From: Deltaproteobacteria bacterium
GTDB lineage: Bacteria; Desulfobacterota; Desulfobacteria; Desulfobacterales; G020354645
Assembly: GCA_020354645.1 (NCBI GenBank)
Contig: CP070652.1
Coordinates: 190,330-254,329 of the forward strand
Direction of reading: 5' to 3'
Length of the DNA stretch: 64,000 bases
Below, piece by piece: positions 1-8,705 of this stretch (its first letter is position 1; each line of letters begins with the position of its first letter). Position numbers and translations under genes: made by a program. The notes beneath the pieces are model-generated. The model saw nothing but the letters and a program-made list of their open reading frames with translations. It had not been told where the DNA came from and ran no database searches.

Positions 1-659
1 CTGGTTACGATATTCGAAGAGCTGTCATACCCATAAACATCATGGGTGGCAGGATCGTAAACCTGGCAGCCGCTGGAAAGAATAATGGAACCCACGTTAA
101 GTGTAAGGTCTCTTTGCTCGTCATCAAATTTGACGGCACCGGTGGGGCAAAACTTTTCACAGGCTTTACATTTACCCTTAATGAAATAGATGCAGTAATC
201 CGGATCGATGGCATACTTCAGGGGTACCGCCTGGGGATACTTTACATAGGCTGCTTTACGCTTGACAAGCCCTGCATCGTATTCATCCACGACCTTTTTG
301 GGACACTTTTCGGCACACAGGCCGCAGGCGATGCATTTTTCCATATCAATATACCGGGGATACTGGATAACCTTTACTTTAAAATTACCCTCTTCTCCGG
401 ATATCTCTTTTACCTCGGACAGGGTCAGTAACTCGATATTGTTATGCCGGCCGACCTCGACCAGTTTCGGCGAAATAATTCACATGGCACAGTCATTGGT
501 CGGGAACGTCTTGTCCAGCTGCGACATGATCCCGCCAATGGAGGTCGATCTTTCAACAAGGTACACATAATAACCGGAGTCGGCCACATCCAGCGCAGCC
601 TGCATACCGGCAATACCGCCACCGACGACCATTACCGAACCAATCATCTCTTGTGACAT
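1..659 (-). CDS. hdrA: Heterodisulfide reductase subunit A-like flavoprotein, N-terminal part (gene continues past left window edge); in-frame TGA at 480-482 interpreted as selenocysteine
   Basis: Minus-strand translation from ATG 659-657 gives [59 protein letters not shown][TGA][18 protein letters not shown]...[14 protein letters not shown]... This shows a GxGxxG FAD fold and a CxxCxxCxxxCP ferredoxin motif typical of HdrA. The frame stays open to position 1. It is not in the ORF track because of the TGA and the window edge. Confidence 0.85.
450..471 (-). promoter_or_regulatory. Candidate bacterial SECIS stem-loop downstream of the hdrA UGA
   Basis: The mRNA reads UGA-AUUAUUUC-GCCGAAACUGGUCGAGGUCGGC. 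A GCCGA/UCGGC stem starts 9 nt after the UGA and its apical region contains GGUC. Position is consistent with bacterial SECIS elements. The structure was judged by eye only. Confidence 0.3.
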
Positions 660-661
660 CT

Positions 662-1537
662 CTACTCCTCAGATAAAAATCCTTTTATACCAGTAATATC
701 GATCTGATTCATGTTGAGACCCAAAGCCTTTTCGTCAATACCCATTCCAAGTCCAAGCAGCTGGGGGTATAAAATGGAAGGAAGTTGATGATTGCTTCCT
801 CTTTTTGAAACAATCATCTGCTGAACATTATCGAATTGCAGTTGACACCAGGGGCAGGCCGAACAAAGATAGTCTGCACCGGCCTGCTTTGCGTCTGCCA
901 GTTTTTTTTGAGTGAGATCCATGGAAAGATCATCATTGATCCCCATCAGAGGAGCACCGCAACACTCCAGCTTCAACGGCCAATCCACACTTTTGGCACC
1001 GGTAACCTTTACCAGTTCATCGAAAATGACCGGTGCCGCCGGATTGTCAAACTGCATGATCTCACTGGGACGCAAAGCATGACACCCATAGTGGGTGGCG
1101 ATTTTAAGATCTTTAAATGCCCAGTTTATCTTCTCTTTCAAAGCGGGTATACTAATATTTTTGTAAAGCACCGCTAGATAATGAACCACCTCAAGATTTC
1201 CGTTGTAACCGAGTCCTTCTTTAGCCAGAAGAGCATTGACAGTATCCCGCAGCGATTTATCCTCTTTGAGGAGGTGATCTGCCTTCTTAAGACTGCCATA
1301 GCAGCACTTGCAGAGGGTCATCATGTCCAGACCCTGTTTCTCCGCCAAAGCCAGGTTTCTGGCAGAAAAAATAAGATAGGTATTAAAATCCGCATTGCGC
1401 ATCGGATATCCGCAACAGTTAAATTCACGGATATCAGACACATCGACATTCAGCCGGTTGAGCACCGCTCTGGCGGAAAGCTCATATTGCTCAACACGGG
1501 CCGGTATATTACACCCAATAAATAATGCAAATTTCAT
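662..1537 (-). CDS. hdrB: HdrB-like CCG-domain iron-sulfur protein
   Basis: Two Cys-rich CCG motifs (FNCCGYPMR and [10 protein letters not shown]), each with nearby CxxC pairs. The stop lies 2 nt from the hdrA start, so the two are co-transcribed. Confidence 0.8.
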   Translation of the reverse strand: MKFALFIGCNIPARVEQYELSARAVLNRLNVDVSDIREFNCCGYPMRNADFNTYLIFSARNLALAEKQGLDMMTLCKCCYGSLKKADHLLKEDKSLRDTVNALLAKEGLGYNGNLEVVHYLAVLYKNISIPALKEKINWAFKDLKIATHYGCHALRPSEIMQFDNPAAPVIFDELVKVTGAKSVDWPLKLECCGAPLMGINDDLSMDLTQKKLADAKQAGADYLCSACPWCQLQFDNVQQMIVSKRGSNHQLPSILYPQLLGLGMGIDEKALGLNMNQIDITGIKGFLSEE

Positions 1538-1637
1538 TATCTCGGTCCCTATGGTGTTGGGTGAAGGATTTGAATTTAATCAAACCTGAGCATTTAAATC
1601 ACAATACTATAATTTGAAAAAGAAATTGCTAGTATTC

Positions 1638-1915
1638 TGTCCCAGAAATAAGTTTAAAGAGTCTTTTGACGGTTTGAAAGCCTTTTGCTCGCGCCGGCGA
1701 TCATTTTGGGGACGCCTGCTGCACTGGGCTAAATCAAAAGAACTCGACCTCAGCCCGCCTTGCGGGCCTCGGGACTCAGACAGCTTTTGATTTTCATCCG
1801 CCTCCGGCGGATTTTACGCCCAGTTGCAGCCGGCATCTTTATCCCAAAATTCTCAATGGCGCTCGCAAAAACCTTCCAAACCTTGTGTTGAATTTTGTAA
1901 CTTATTTCTGGGACA
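1638..1915. repeat. About 280-bp long-hairpin MITE-like element inserted between hdr genes
   Basis: Perfect 17-bp terminal inverted repeat: TGTCCCAGAAATAAGTT (1638-1654) and AACTTATTTCTGGGACA (1899-1915). The inner arms are also complementary (GGTTTGAAAGCCTTTTGCTCGCGCC vs GGCGCTCGCAAAAACCTTCCAAACC). Confidence 0.75.
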
Positions 1916-1925
1916 TTACACTGGT

Positions 1926-3698
1926 TTATTTGGTTATTGTCTCCTTTTTATCTGTCGCAAATGTTTCTTTTAGCGCCTGATTTTTCAGTTCATAGAGTAC
2001 ATCGGTTACCTTGACTCCCTGGGGACAGTGTTCCTGACATTGATAGCAGGTCAGGCAGTCCCACAGCATCCGTGAACCCATCGCCAAATCCTTCAAGCCC
2101 AGTCCCAACGCACGCATGATCTGGTGGGGTAGCATCCCCACAACTTCTTGGGGGTTTTCATAGTTTTCTACCACCGGACAGACCGTGCTGCAGTTTTCGC
2201 AGGAAAAACAATATGAGTAGGTATGGGCCTGGCCCGAACGATCGGCCTTTTCCTTAAAACCTTTATTGATGGGAGTTAAGGGAATGATCTTTTCAGGCTG
2301 GTTGATTAATTCGAAATTATCAGCGATCGCCTTTCTGGCCGCATCCAGTGGGTTGGAATAATCGGCGGCTTCAAGGCTCTCGCGGTTCAATCCTCGGTAC
2401 CATGAATACTGTGAAAGGACCAAGGGAACAGGATGACCCTTTTGGATAAGTTCTTCCCTCACATTCAGCCACATATCCTTAAGTGTTATCCCGGCGGGGC
2501 AGAACACCGTGCAGCGGTCACAATTGGTGCACAGATAGATACCCTCTTGGATTGCCCTGAGCGCCTGACTATCAAGATCCTTGTTGGCGGCATAAGCCCT
2601 CAGGAATTGAATTTTTTCCGAAGGACGAATATTGCGATTGCCGACATTATCATAGGCTACAGCGACCGAGCACCGTAGACTGCAGGTATTGCAATGCATG
2701 CAGGCGTCTAGTTCGATTGCCTGGCGGGTAGCGATATTGGCCGGGGCAGACTTTGCTTTGTCCATAACCGCACCGACCATTAAACTTACCGGTGTGGCAA
2801 AGACATGGAACATCTTGCTGAACGGCAGGTAGGCCAGGCCGATAAAACAGCTCAGAATGTGAAAATACCACAAAAGGGTGACACCGCCGGCTTGATCCAG
2901 TGCACTCGCGATCGGACGGATGATTTTGCTGGCCGCATATCCGCTAAAAGCCGACTGGGGTTTGGAATGACAGTCCATGCAATACCCTTCATGGAGTTCT
3001 TCCCCCTGAGCCAGAACTTCTTCATCGAAAGGGGCCTCGAGGTTGGGGGAAACCAGCCCATAATGTTGAACCCAAAAACTTTCCAGGGGTTGAATTTCCT
3101 CTTGATCCTCCAAACCGGCATAATCTTCAACCATTCGCATAAATTCGCTATGGGAGGTAATCTTGAGACCCTCAAGGAATATTCCTGATAACATGACCAT
3201 GGCTACGATGATGATGGCATAACGGTCCATGATTGTGGATGAGAGACGGGGAACTTTGAGGATAAAGCGTCGGTAGATGGCAATCCCGATGCCGACAATC
3301 ACCATGAAGCCAAAGAGATCCCTCAGAAACATATACGGATTGACGGTAGAATAATAATCGCTGAACAGGGGCTCAGAGATTGAGCCTTCAAGGGCATGCA
3401 TCAGCACTAGCAGCATAAACCCCCAGAAAATGAGCATATGCATAAGCCAGCGGAGGTAATTCTCTCGCAAAATTCTGAGTTGCAGCAAAACATCAAGGAT
3501 GAAAACCTTAATCAAAATCAAGATTTTCCGACTAAAAAAAGTGGTCAGTATACCTCTTGTGGCCGCGGAAACCCTATCCGCAGTCGTGACCTGATGGGCC
3601 ATTATGCCGATTTTTCGTGTGAACCAGGTAGAAATCTTGTATATCAGGCCCAAAATAAAAATCGCGAGAGAGGTGTAAAATAATATATCAAAGACCAT
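1926..3698 (-). CDS. Membrane-bound Hdr/DsrMK-like redox protein: N-terminal polytopic NarI/DsrM-like domain fused to two HdrC-like di-cluster ferredoxin domains
   Basis: About 6 hydrophobic helices with conserved His residues at the N-terminus. Four CxxCxxCxxxC(P) motifs follow (CMHCNTCSLRCS, CTNCDRCTVFCP, CFSCENCSTVCP, CLTCYQCQEHCP). One CMDCH (CxxCH) motif lies in a loop. Confidence 0.7.
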   Translation of the reverse strand: MVFDILFYTSLAIFILGLIYKISTWFTRKIGIMAHQVTTADRVSAATRGILTTFFSRKILILIKVFILDVLLQLRILRENYLRWLMHMLIFWGFMLLVLMHALEGSISEPLFSDYYSTVNPYMFLRDLFGFMVIVGIGIAIYRRFILKVPRLSSTIMDRYAIIIVAMVMLSGIFLEGLKITSHSEFMRMVEDYAGLEDQEEIQPLESFWVQHYGLVSPNLEAPFDEEVLAQGEELHEGYCMDCHSKPQSAFSGYAASKIIRPIASALDQAGGVTLLWYFHILSCFIGLAYLPFSKMFHVFATPVSLMVGAVMDKAKSAPANIATRQAIELDACMHCNTCSLRCSVAVAYDNVGNRNIRPSEKIQFLRAYAANKDLDSQALRAIQEGIYLCTNCDRCTVFCPAGITLKDMWLNVREELIQKGHPVPLVLSQYSWYRGLNRESLEAADYSNPLDAARKAIADNFELINQPEKIIPLTPINKGFKEKADRSGQAHTYSYCFSCENCSTVCPVVENYENPQEVVGMLPHQIMRALGLGLKDLAMGSRMLWDCLTCYQCQEHCPQGVKVTDVLYELKNQALKETFATDKKETITK

Positions 3699-4078
3699 CT
3701 AATTATTCTCCTCGATTATTGAGCGGCCCGCTTTCCCGCAAGCCCCGCCTAACAGGGCGGGGTGTTACACAAGGAAAAAGCCCCAAACCGATTTTTCAAT
3801 AATAACACGCGAATAAAATGCTAGTGCAAGGGGGTCGATTACCGATAATACCGGATTTTGTCAAGGAAAATGTCTTAAATACTTGTGTGGAAACTTTATT
3901 TCTGCTTTCTCTCTTGGGATAAAATTTTTTGCCGATTTGTAATTATCAGCATAGGTGTTTTCAGCAGTTAAGATTTAGCTTGACTAATATATCTCGTGAA
4001 CCTAATTTCGCTCTATATTCTTGATTGTGCCGTTAAGCAAAAATTTGTTCTGCGAACAGTCGATGCGACCAACAAAGA

Positions 4079-5026
4079 ATGCCTCCTTCTGGCAAAAAAC
4101 CGAAAATAATTGTTATTTGCGGTCCGACCGGGGTCGGTAAAACCGCCGCGGCCATCGATGTCGCTGAAGAGATCACCGGTCAAATTGTCAGTGCCGACTC
4201 AATGCAAGTCTACCGATACATGGACGTTGGCACGGCCAAACCTACCCCCCTCGAGCAAAAAAAAATTAAACACCACATGATTGATATCGTGGACCCGGAT
4301 GAAGCGTTTGATGCGGCCCGATATTCCTTTCTGGCTCGCAAGAAAATTGTTGAGTTGCATTCTCAAAACACCATCCCTTTCATTGTCGGCGGTACCGGGT
4401 TTTATATAAAGGCGCTATTGCATGGTCTATTCCCGTCAGAACCGCTGGCGACCGGTGTTTGCAATAAACTAAAAGACGAGGCTGCCGCCATTGGATCAGA
4501 ATCGCTTTACGAACGATTGGCAAAAGTGGATCCGAAAACCGCCCGCAGAATTCACCCCCATGACACGTATCGAATAACCAGAGCGCTTGAAACCTTTGAA
4601 GCAACAGGTGAGTCAATTTCCAAGTATCAGCAAGATCATCAATTTTCAGACACGCCTTTCAGTTTCTTGAAAATTGGTCTGACCATACCTCGAGAATTAT
4701 TGTACAAACGTATCAACCAGAGAGTGGATGCCATGATCGATGCGGGTTTTGTTGATGAAGTGAGAACTCTGTTGAAAATGGGTTACGCGGCAGACCTCAA
4801 ATCCATGCAGGCGATTGGATATCGTCACGTGGTCGCTTTCATTCAGGGACGTCTCCCCTGGACGGAGACAGTGCGGACCTTTAAACGTGACACCCGAAGA
4901 TATGCCAAACGGCAATTAACCTGGTTCGGAGCCGATCCCGAGATTTTGTGGACAGAGCCAGCAAGGATGAGTGATATGCGCACGAAGATAAAAGAATTTT
5001 TAAAAGCTAAAAATGCTGATTGCTGA
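4079..5026 (+). CDS. miaA: tRNA dimethylallyltransferase
   Basis: P-loop GPTGVGKT near the N-terminus, SADSMQVYRYMDVGTAKP motif, family-typical length of 315 aa. Confidence 0.93.
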   Translation: MPPSGKKPKIIVICGPTGVGKTAAAIDVAEEITGQIVSADSMQVYRYMDVGTAKPTPLEQKKIKHHMIDIVDPDEAFDAARYSFLARKKIVELHSQNTIPFIVGGTGFYIKALLHGLFPSEPLATGVCNKLKDEAAAIGSESLYERLAKVDPKTARRIHPHDTYRITRALETFEATGESISKYQQDHQFSDTPFSFLKIGLTIPRELLYKRINQRVDAMIDAGFVDEVRTLLKMGYAADLKSMQAIGYRHVVAFIQGRLPWTETVRTFKRDTRRYAKRQLTWFGADPEILWTEPARMSDMRTKIKEFLKAKNADC

Positions 5027-5120
5027 TGGCAGACGAGCGCAAGAATAAATGATACGACACCGTCAACCATCTAAATAGGATCGTTACCGGTCGTTGGTTT
5101 TATAATTTCATGACAATTCC

Positions 5121-5150
5121 TTGACAAATACATCCGTAACATATTAATAT
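5121..5150 (+). promoter_or_regulatory. Candidate sigma70-type promoter (TTGACA-18 nt-TAATAT)
   Basis: TTGACA at 5121-5126 and TAATAT at 5145-5150, about 175 nt upstream of the 5325 start. Sequence match only. Confidence 0.35.
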
Positions 5151-5324
5151 ATAAAGTAATTGTCCGCCCTCACCAGTTATTGTTTCATAAGCAGTTGCGC
5201 TGAGCAGAGACCATGGCCTTCAAATTCTGTCTCGCCAAATAATAGAAGATCAGCAATTATCTTCCGGCAGTTTCAAGTCTTATGACCTTTTGCGGGGGGA
5301 CTTTCTGCGGAAAGGAATTATTTC

Positions 5325-7097
5325 ATGGAAATCCAACACGATCGCAGGCGGTGGCTCAGAGAAATGTTAAACCCTCCTGAGATCGGGATTCTTTACACCG
5401 GTAATCAAGGGTTTATACCCGGAATCCATGTCACAAAACAACCAACGGCCTTCTACGTTGACTTACTCAATCGCAGCATGGGCGGTGTAATTTTAAAGAC
5501 AAAATGGGAAATCGAGCCCGAAATTATGTTTCATTTACAGATTTATAGTTCGCTTGAGGAATCTTGGGAGTTCATCCAGGTTAGAGCAAAATGGACAAAC
5601 AAAGACACGACCAATCCCGAATATAACCTCATTGGCGTGGAGTTTGAAGCACCGGACCAAATGATGGAGCAACCCAAACTCGACCAAGCGCAGAATAAAA
5701 AAATACCTCTACCCTGCGATTATGAGTTTTTGAGAAACACACGATTGTTTAAGTCCGTTCACAGGAATGTCGCATGCCCGCTTTTGAACAGCTTAATACA
5801 CAAAAAAATAAAAGCCGGTGAAAGAATCATCACTCAGGGAGCCAGAAATGATTCCCTCTATATTATTCAGCAAGGAGCATGCATCACCAAAGTAGAAAAA
5901 CATAAAAAACTATATCCCGTGGGAAGATCGCTTGAGGGTGATCTCATTGGAGAAATGGCGATTCTTGCAGAAAAGCCGCAAAGCGATCATATTGACGCTG
6001 AAACCGATATGCAACTCTGGGGGCTGAAAAGGGTCCAGTTTGATAAGATTGTAACTGAACATCCTGAATTAAGGAATTTTCTTACCGAGCTTCTGGCTGA
6101 ACGCTTTTCGTCACAGAGATTGCTCGCGGAAAAAAGAATCGGAAAATACGCTGTGACCGATACCATCGGCGATGGTCCCAATAGCATTGTATATAAAGGA
6201 ATACACGCCGAACTGGGCATCCCGGTTGCTGTCAAGATGATCCGTCATGATTTAGCCATGGATTTGGACTTTCTGCGAGGCTTCCAAAAGGAGGCCAACG
6301 CTATTGCCAATCTGAACCATAAGAACATTGTAAAAGTGTATGACATCGAAGAGCGATTTAGAACGCTATTTATCATCATGGAACTGATGGAGGGCGAAAC
6401 CATTGGATCGCTCATTAAACGATGGAAAACGATTCCGATTGCTCAGACGACAGCTTTTTTAATCCAGATCTGTTCCGGTCTGGTTTATGCCCATCAACAG
6501 GGTATGATCCACGGAATTATCAAACCATCAAATCTTTTTGTGAATCAAGATGGCGGTTTGAAAATACTAGACTTCGGCCTTGGGATACGGCATGGAGCCA
6601 AAGATCTTAATTTGTCAGGTGCAACGGCGGCCTACATGCCTCCTGAGCAGATTAGCGGCAGCACGGTTGACGAACGCAGCGACATATATGCCTTGGGTAT
6701 CACTGCTTATGAAATGTTAACAGGTAAAACGCCTTTTTCAGAAGACAATACCCGAACCAAAATGGATATGCCTTTGGAACATAATGTTCCGGACCCCGCA
6801 GGCCAGGTGCCAAACTTACCGGAAATCTTACGACGTTTTATACTTAAAACCTGTGCCAAAAATCCGGATGAAAGATATCAAAGTGCGGCATCAGCCCTAA
6901 ACGATCTTCAAGTGCTCGCAAAGTCATATGGGCTGGAGTCCGAGACCCAACCCTCAAAAAAACGAAAAATGTTAACGTTGTTTTTACTTTACAACGAAGA
7001 ACATCAGCTTGAGCTTAAACAGTTATTGGAAGAGTTCACTAACAAAACACGAAAATTAAGGGTTGACCTTAAAGCGGCTGATTTCAAAGACATATAA
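5325..7097 (+). CDS. Multidomain signalling protein: PilZ-like N-terminus, cyclic-nucleotide-binding (CAP_ED) domain, Ser/Thr kinase-like domain with degenerate catalytic loop
   Basis: RRWLR (RxxxR) and NRSMGG (D/NxSxxG) are PilZ-like motifs. GDLIGEMAIL is the cNMP-domain core. Kinase motifs VAVK, DFG, PPE and DIYALG are present. HGIIKPSN replaces HRDLKPxN, so the catalytic Asp is missing. Confidence 0.75.
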   Translation: MEIQHDRRRWLREMLNPPEIGILYTGNQGFIPGIHVTKQPTAFYVDLLNRSMGGVILKTKWEIEPEIMFHLQIYSSLEESWEFIQVRAKWTNKDTTNPEYNLIGVEFEAPDQMMEQPKLDQAQNKKIPLPCDYEFLRNTRLFKSVHRNVACPLLNSLIHKKIKAGERIITQGARNDSLYIIQQGACITKVEKHKKLYPVGRSLEGDLIGEMAILAEKPQSDHIDAETDMQLWGLKRVQFDKIVTEHPELRNFLTELLAERFSSQRLLAEKRIGKYAVTDTIGDGPNSIVYKGIHAELGIPVAVKMIRHDLAMDLDFLRGFQKEANAIANLNHKNIVKVYDIEERFRTLFIIMELMEGETIGSLIKRWKTIPIAQTTAFLIQICSGLVYAHQQGMIHGIIKPSNLFVNQDGGLKILDFGLGIRHGAKDLNLSGATAAYMPPEQISGSTVDERSDIYALGITAYEMLTGKTPFSEDNTRTKMDMPLEHNVPDPAGQVPNLPEILRRFILKTCAKNPDERYQSAASALNDLQVLAKSYGLESETQPSKKRKMLTLFLLYNEEHQLELKQLLEEFTNKTRKLRVDLKAADFKDI

Positions 7098-7269
7098 AAT
7101 CTGATTAAAAATTCGGGTTGGTTAACGACTGAATTTATGTTGTCTATCGCGCCTTGTTGAAATTGTTGTGGACGGAAACATTCACATCTACCACTATTGC
7201 ACTCTGCCGACCCGATTTGCGGATTTGCTTTAAATTCTTAATTGCCTCATCGTAAGTTAAGTAACGCTT

Positions 7270-7719
7270 CTAATACTCCCAGCCATCCATATCAATTATT
7301 TTAAAAATTTCGTTTGCAGCTGGAACTTGGCAACGACTTATTTCTTCGCTGTAGCTGTCAAGGATTGCTTCAGCCTCCTGAAAGTTGGTCACATAGTCAG
7401 TTTGATATTGACTATTCATCGACCGAAAAAATTGCATCAGGGTTTTTCCGATATCCGAGTCGGGAATGATCCGCACCGTTTTGCCCACCCCTAACCCCCA
7501 TAATCTGTTTTGCTTTTTTTCGAATAGATCCTTGCTATCTGCATTTACAAGCATGCAATTTCTGTAGTCGGTCAAGCACGTAAAATTGGGTTCCAAGGGT
7601 AAGCATAATCTTTCGACCTCCTTTAATGCTTTTCGCAACTCTTGCCTGCTTGGGTCCCCAAAGACAAGATAAAGTCGATTCTTTTTGACGTCCGTACGTA
7701 CCTGGTACATGTTTTCCAA
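7270..7719 (-). CDS. Hypothetical protein (149 aa)
   Basis: Clean ORF convergent with the kinase-like gene. No motif recognised. Confidence 0.45.
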   Translation of the reverse strand: MENMYQVRTDVKKNRLYLVFGDPSRQELRKALKEVERLCLPLEPNFTCLTDYRNCMLVNADSKDLFEKKQNRLWGLGVGKTVRIIPDSDIGKTLMQFFRSMNSQYQTDYVTNFQEAEAILDSYSEEISRCQVPAANEIFKIIDMDGWEY

Positions 7720-8705
7720 TATCTAGGGTAAAGCTAAAGCCTTTGTTATCCCGGCTCCTGATTCATTTATTACCGGCAGCCGATATTAGAATTATAATTA
7801 TCAGCGTGCAGACATAACTCCGGGCTTTTTATTTATAAGCTTTATTACCTTAATTGTGCAAAAGTCGAGGATGCTCCAGATCCAATTGAGTTCCGCGATT
7901 CTGAAAGTTCAGATGCGAAATCCCGCTGTGCGGGAAGCGTCCAAGGGTTCGCCAGGACACGCAACGCAGACACCGCAAGTGTCAAGCCGAAGGCCATGGG
8001 GTATCATCCCGCTGAAAGCGGGAGGGGTAAACAAAATGAAGACATAAATAAGACAACTATCATTCTGCTATCATTGGTTTACAGTGAGGTGCTTAAATAT
8101 TTCGGATACCTCATGATACTGAAGAGTTATAATTCACTCTTCATTTTGTTTATGCCCAGATGAGGTATTAAAAATCTCCGTTTTAATATTATGAGCCGCA
8201 GCCGGCCTAAAATATTTAAATGTCTGCTTTTTGCCTGGCAGGAATTTATATTAGATTTTAGTGAAGGAATTTGCCATTTATATTCACACGTTAATCCCAG
8301 CCCGCTGAGCGGAAGGCTGCTTTGTTGGGTTTGGGAATACGCGATCATCTTGGTGAGGGATAATGAAAAATGATCCATTTTATTTAGGTCAAAGCCGTCT
8401 GCATGTCAAACGAAAAATTTGCCTCTCACCTGGGCCAGCAAAACCGTGACAACAATTAGAAGATATTTTTATGTAGCTCGCGACATGAAGGACGGGGCTT
8501 TACAGTGAACTAAATATCTATCTCAGATATCTGACCAATCGTGGCAATTTTTTGATCCGGCTGAAAAGACGATCTGAACCGTTAACTTTCCTGTTATCAT
8601 TTATTTATAATCTTTTTCGGCTTGACAGTTGCAAGTCTTTTTTGTATTCGTTTATGTTTAAAAATTTTTCAGATTGTTAGCTAATTTTTTATTGGGGGTG
8701 TTATC

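Noticed and set aside
42-656. Several 60-130-aa ORFs at the left edge (42-431, 262-570, 444-656 plus; 5-214, 425-622 minus)
   Set aside because: All are out of frame with, or antisense to, the HdrA reading frame. That frame explains the whole region once the TGA at 480-482 is read through.
7856-8047. 63-aa ORF over the GC-rich island upstream of ppdK
   Set aside because: No RBS, and the composition is driven by hairpin repeats. More likely non-coding.
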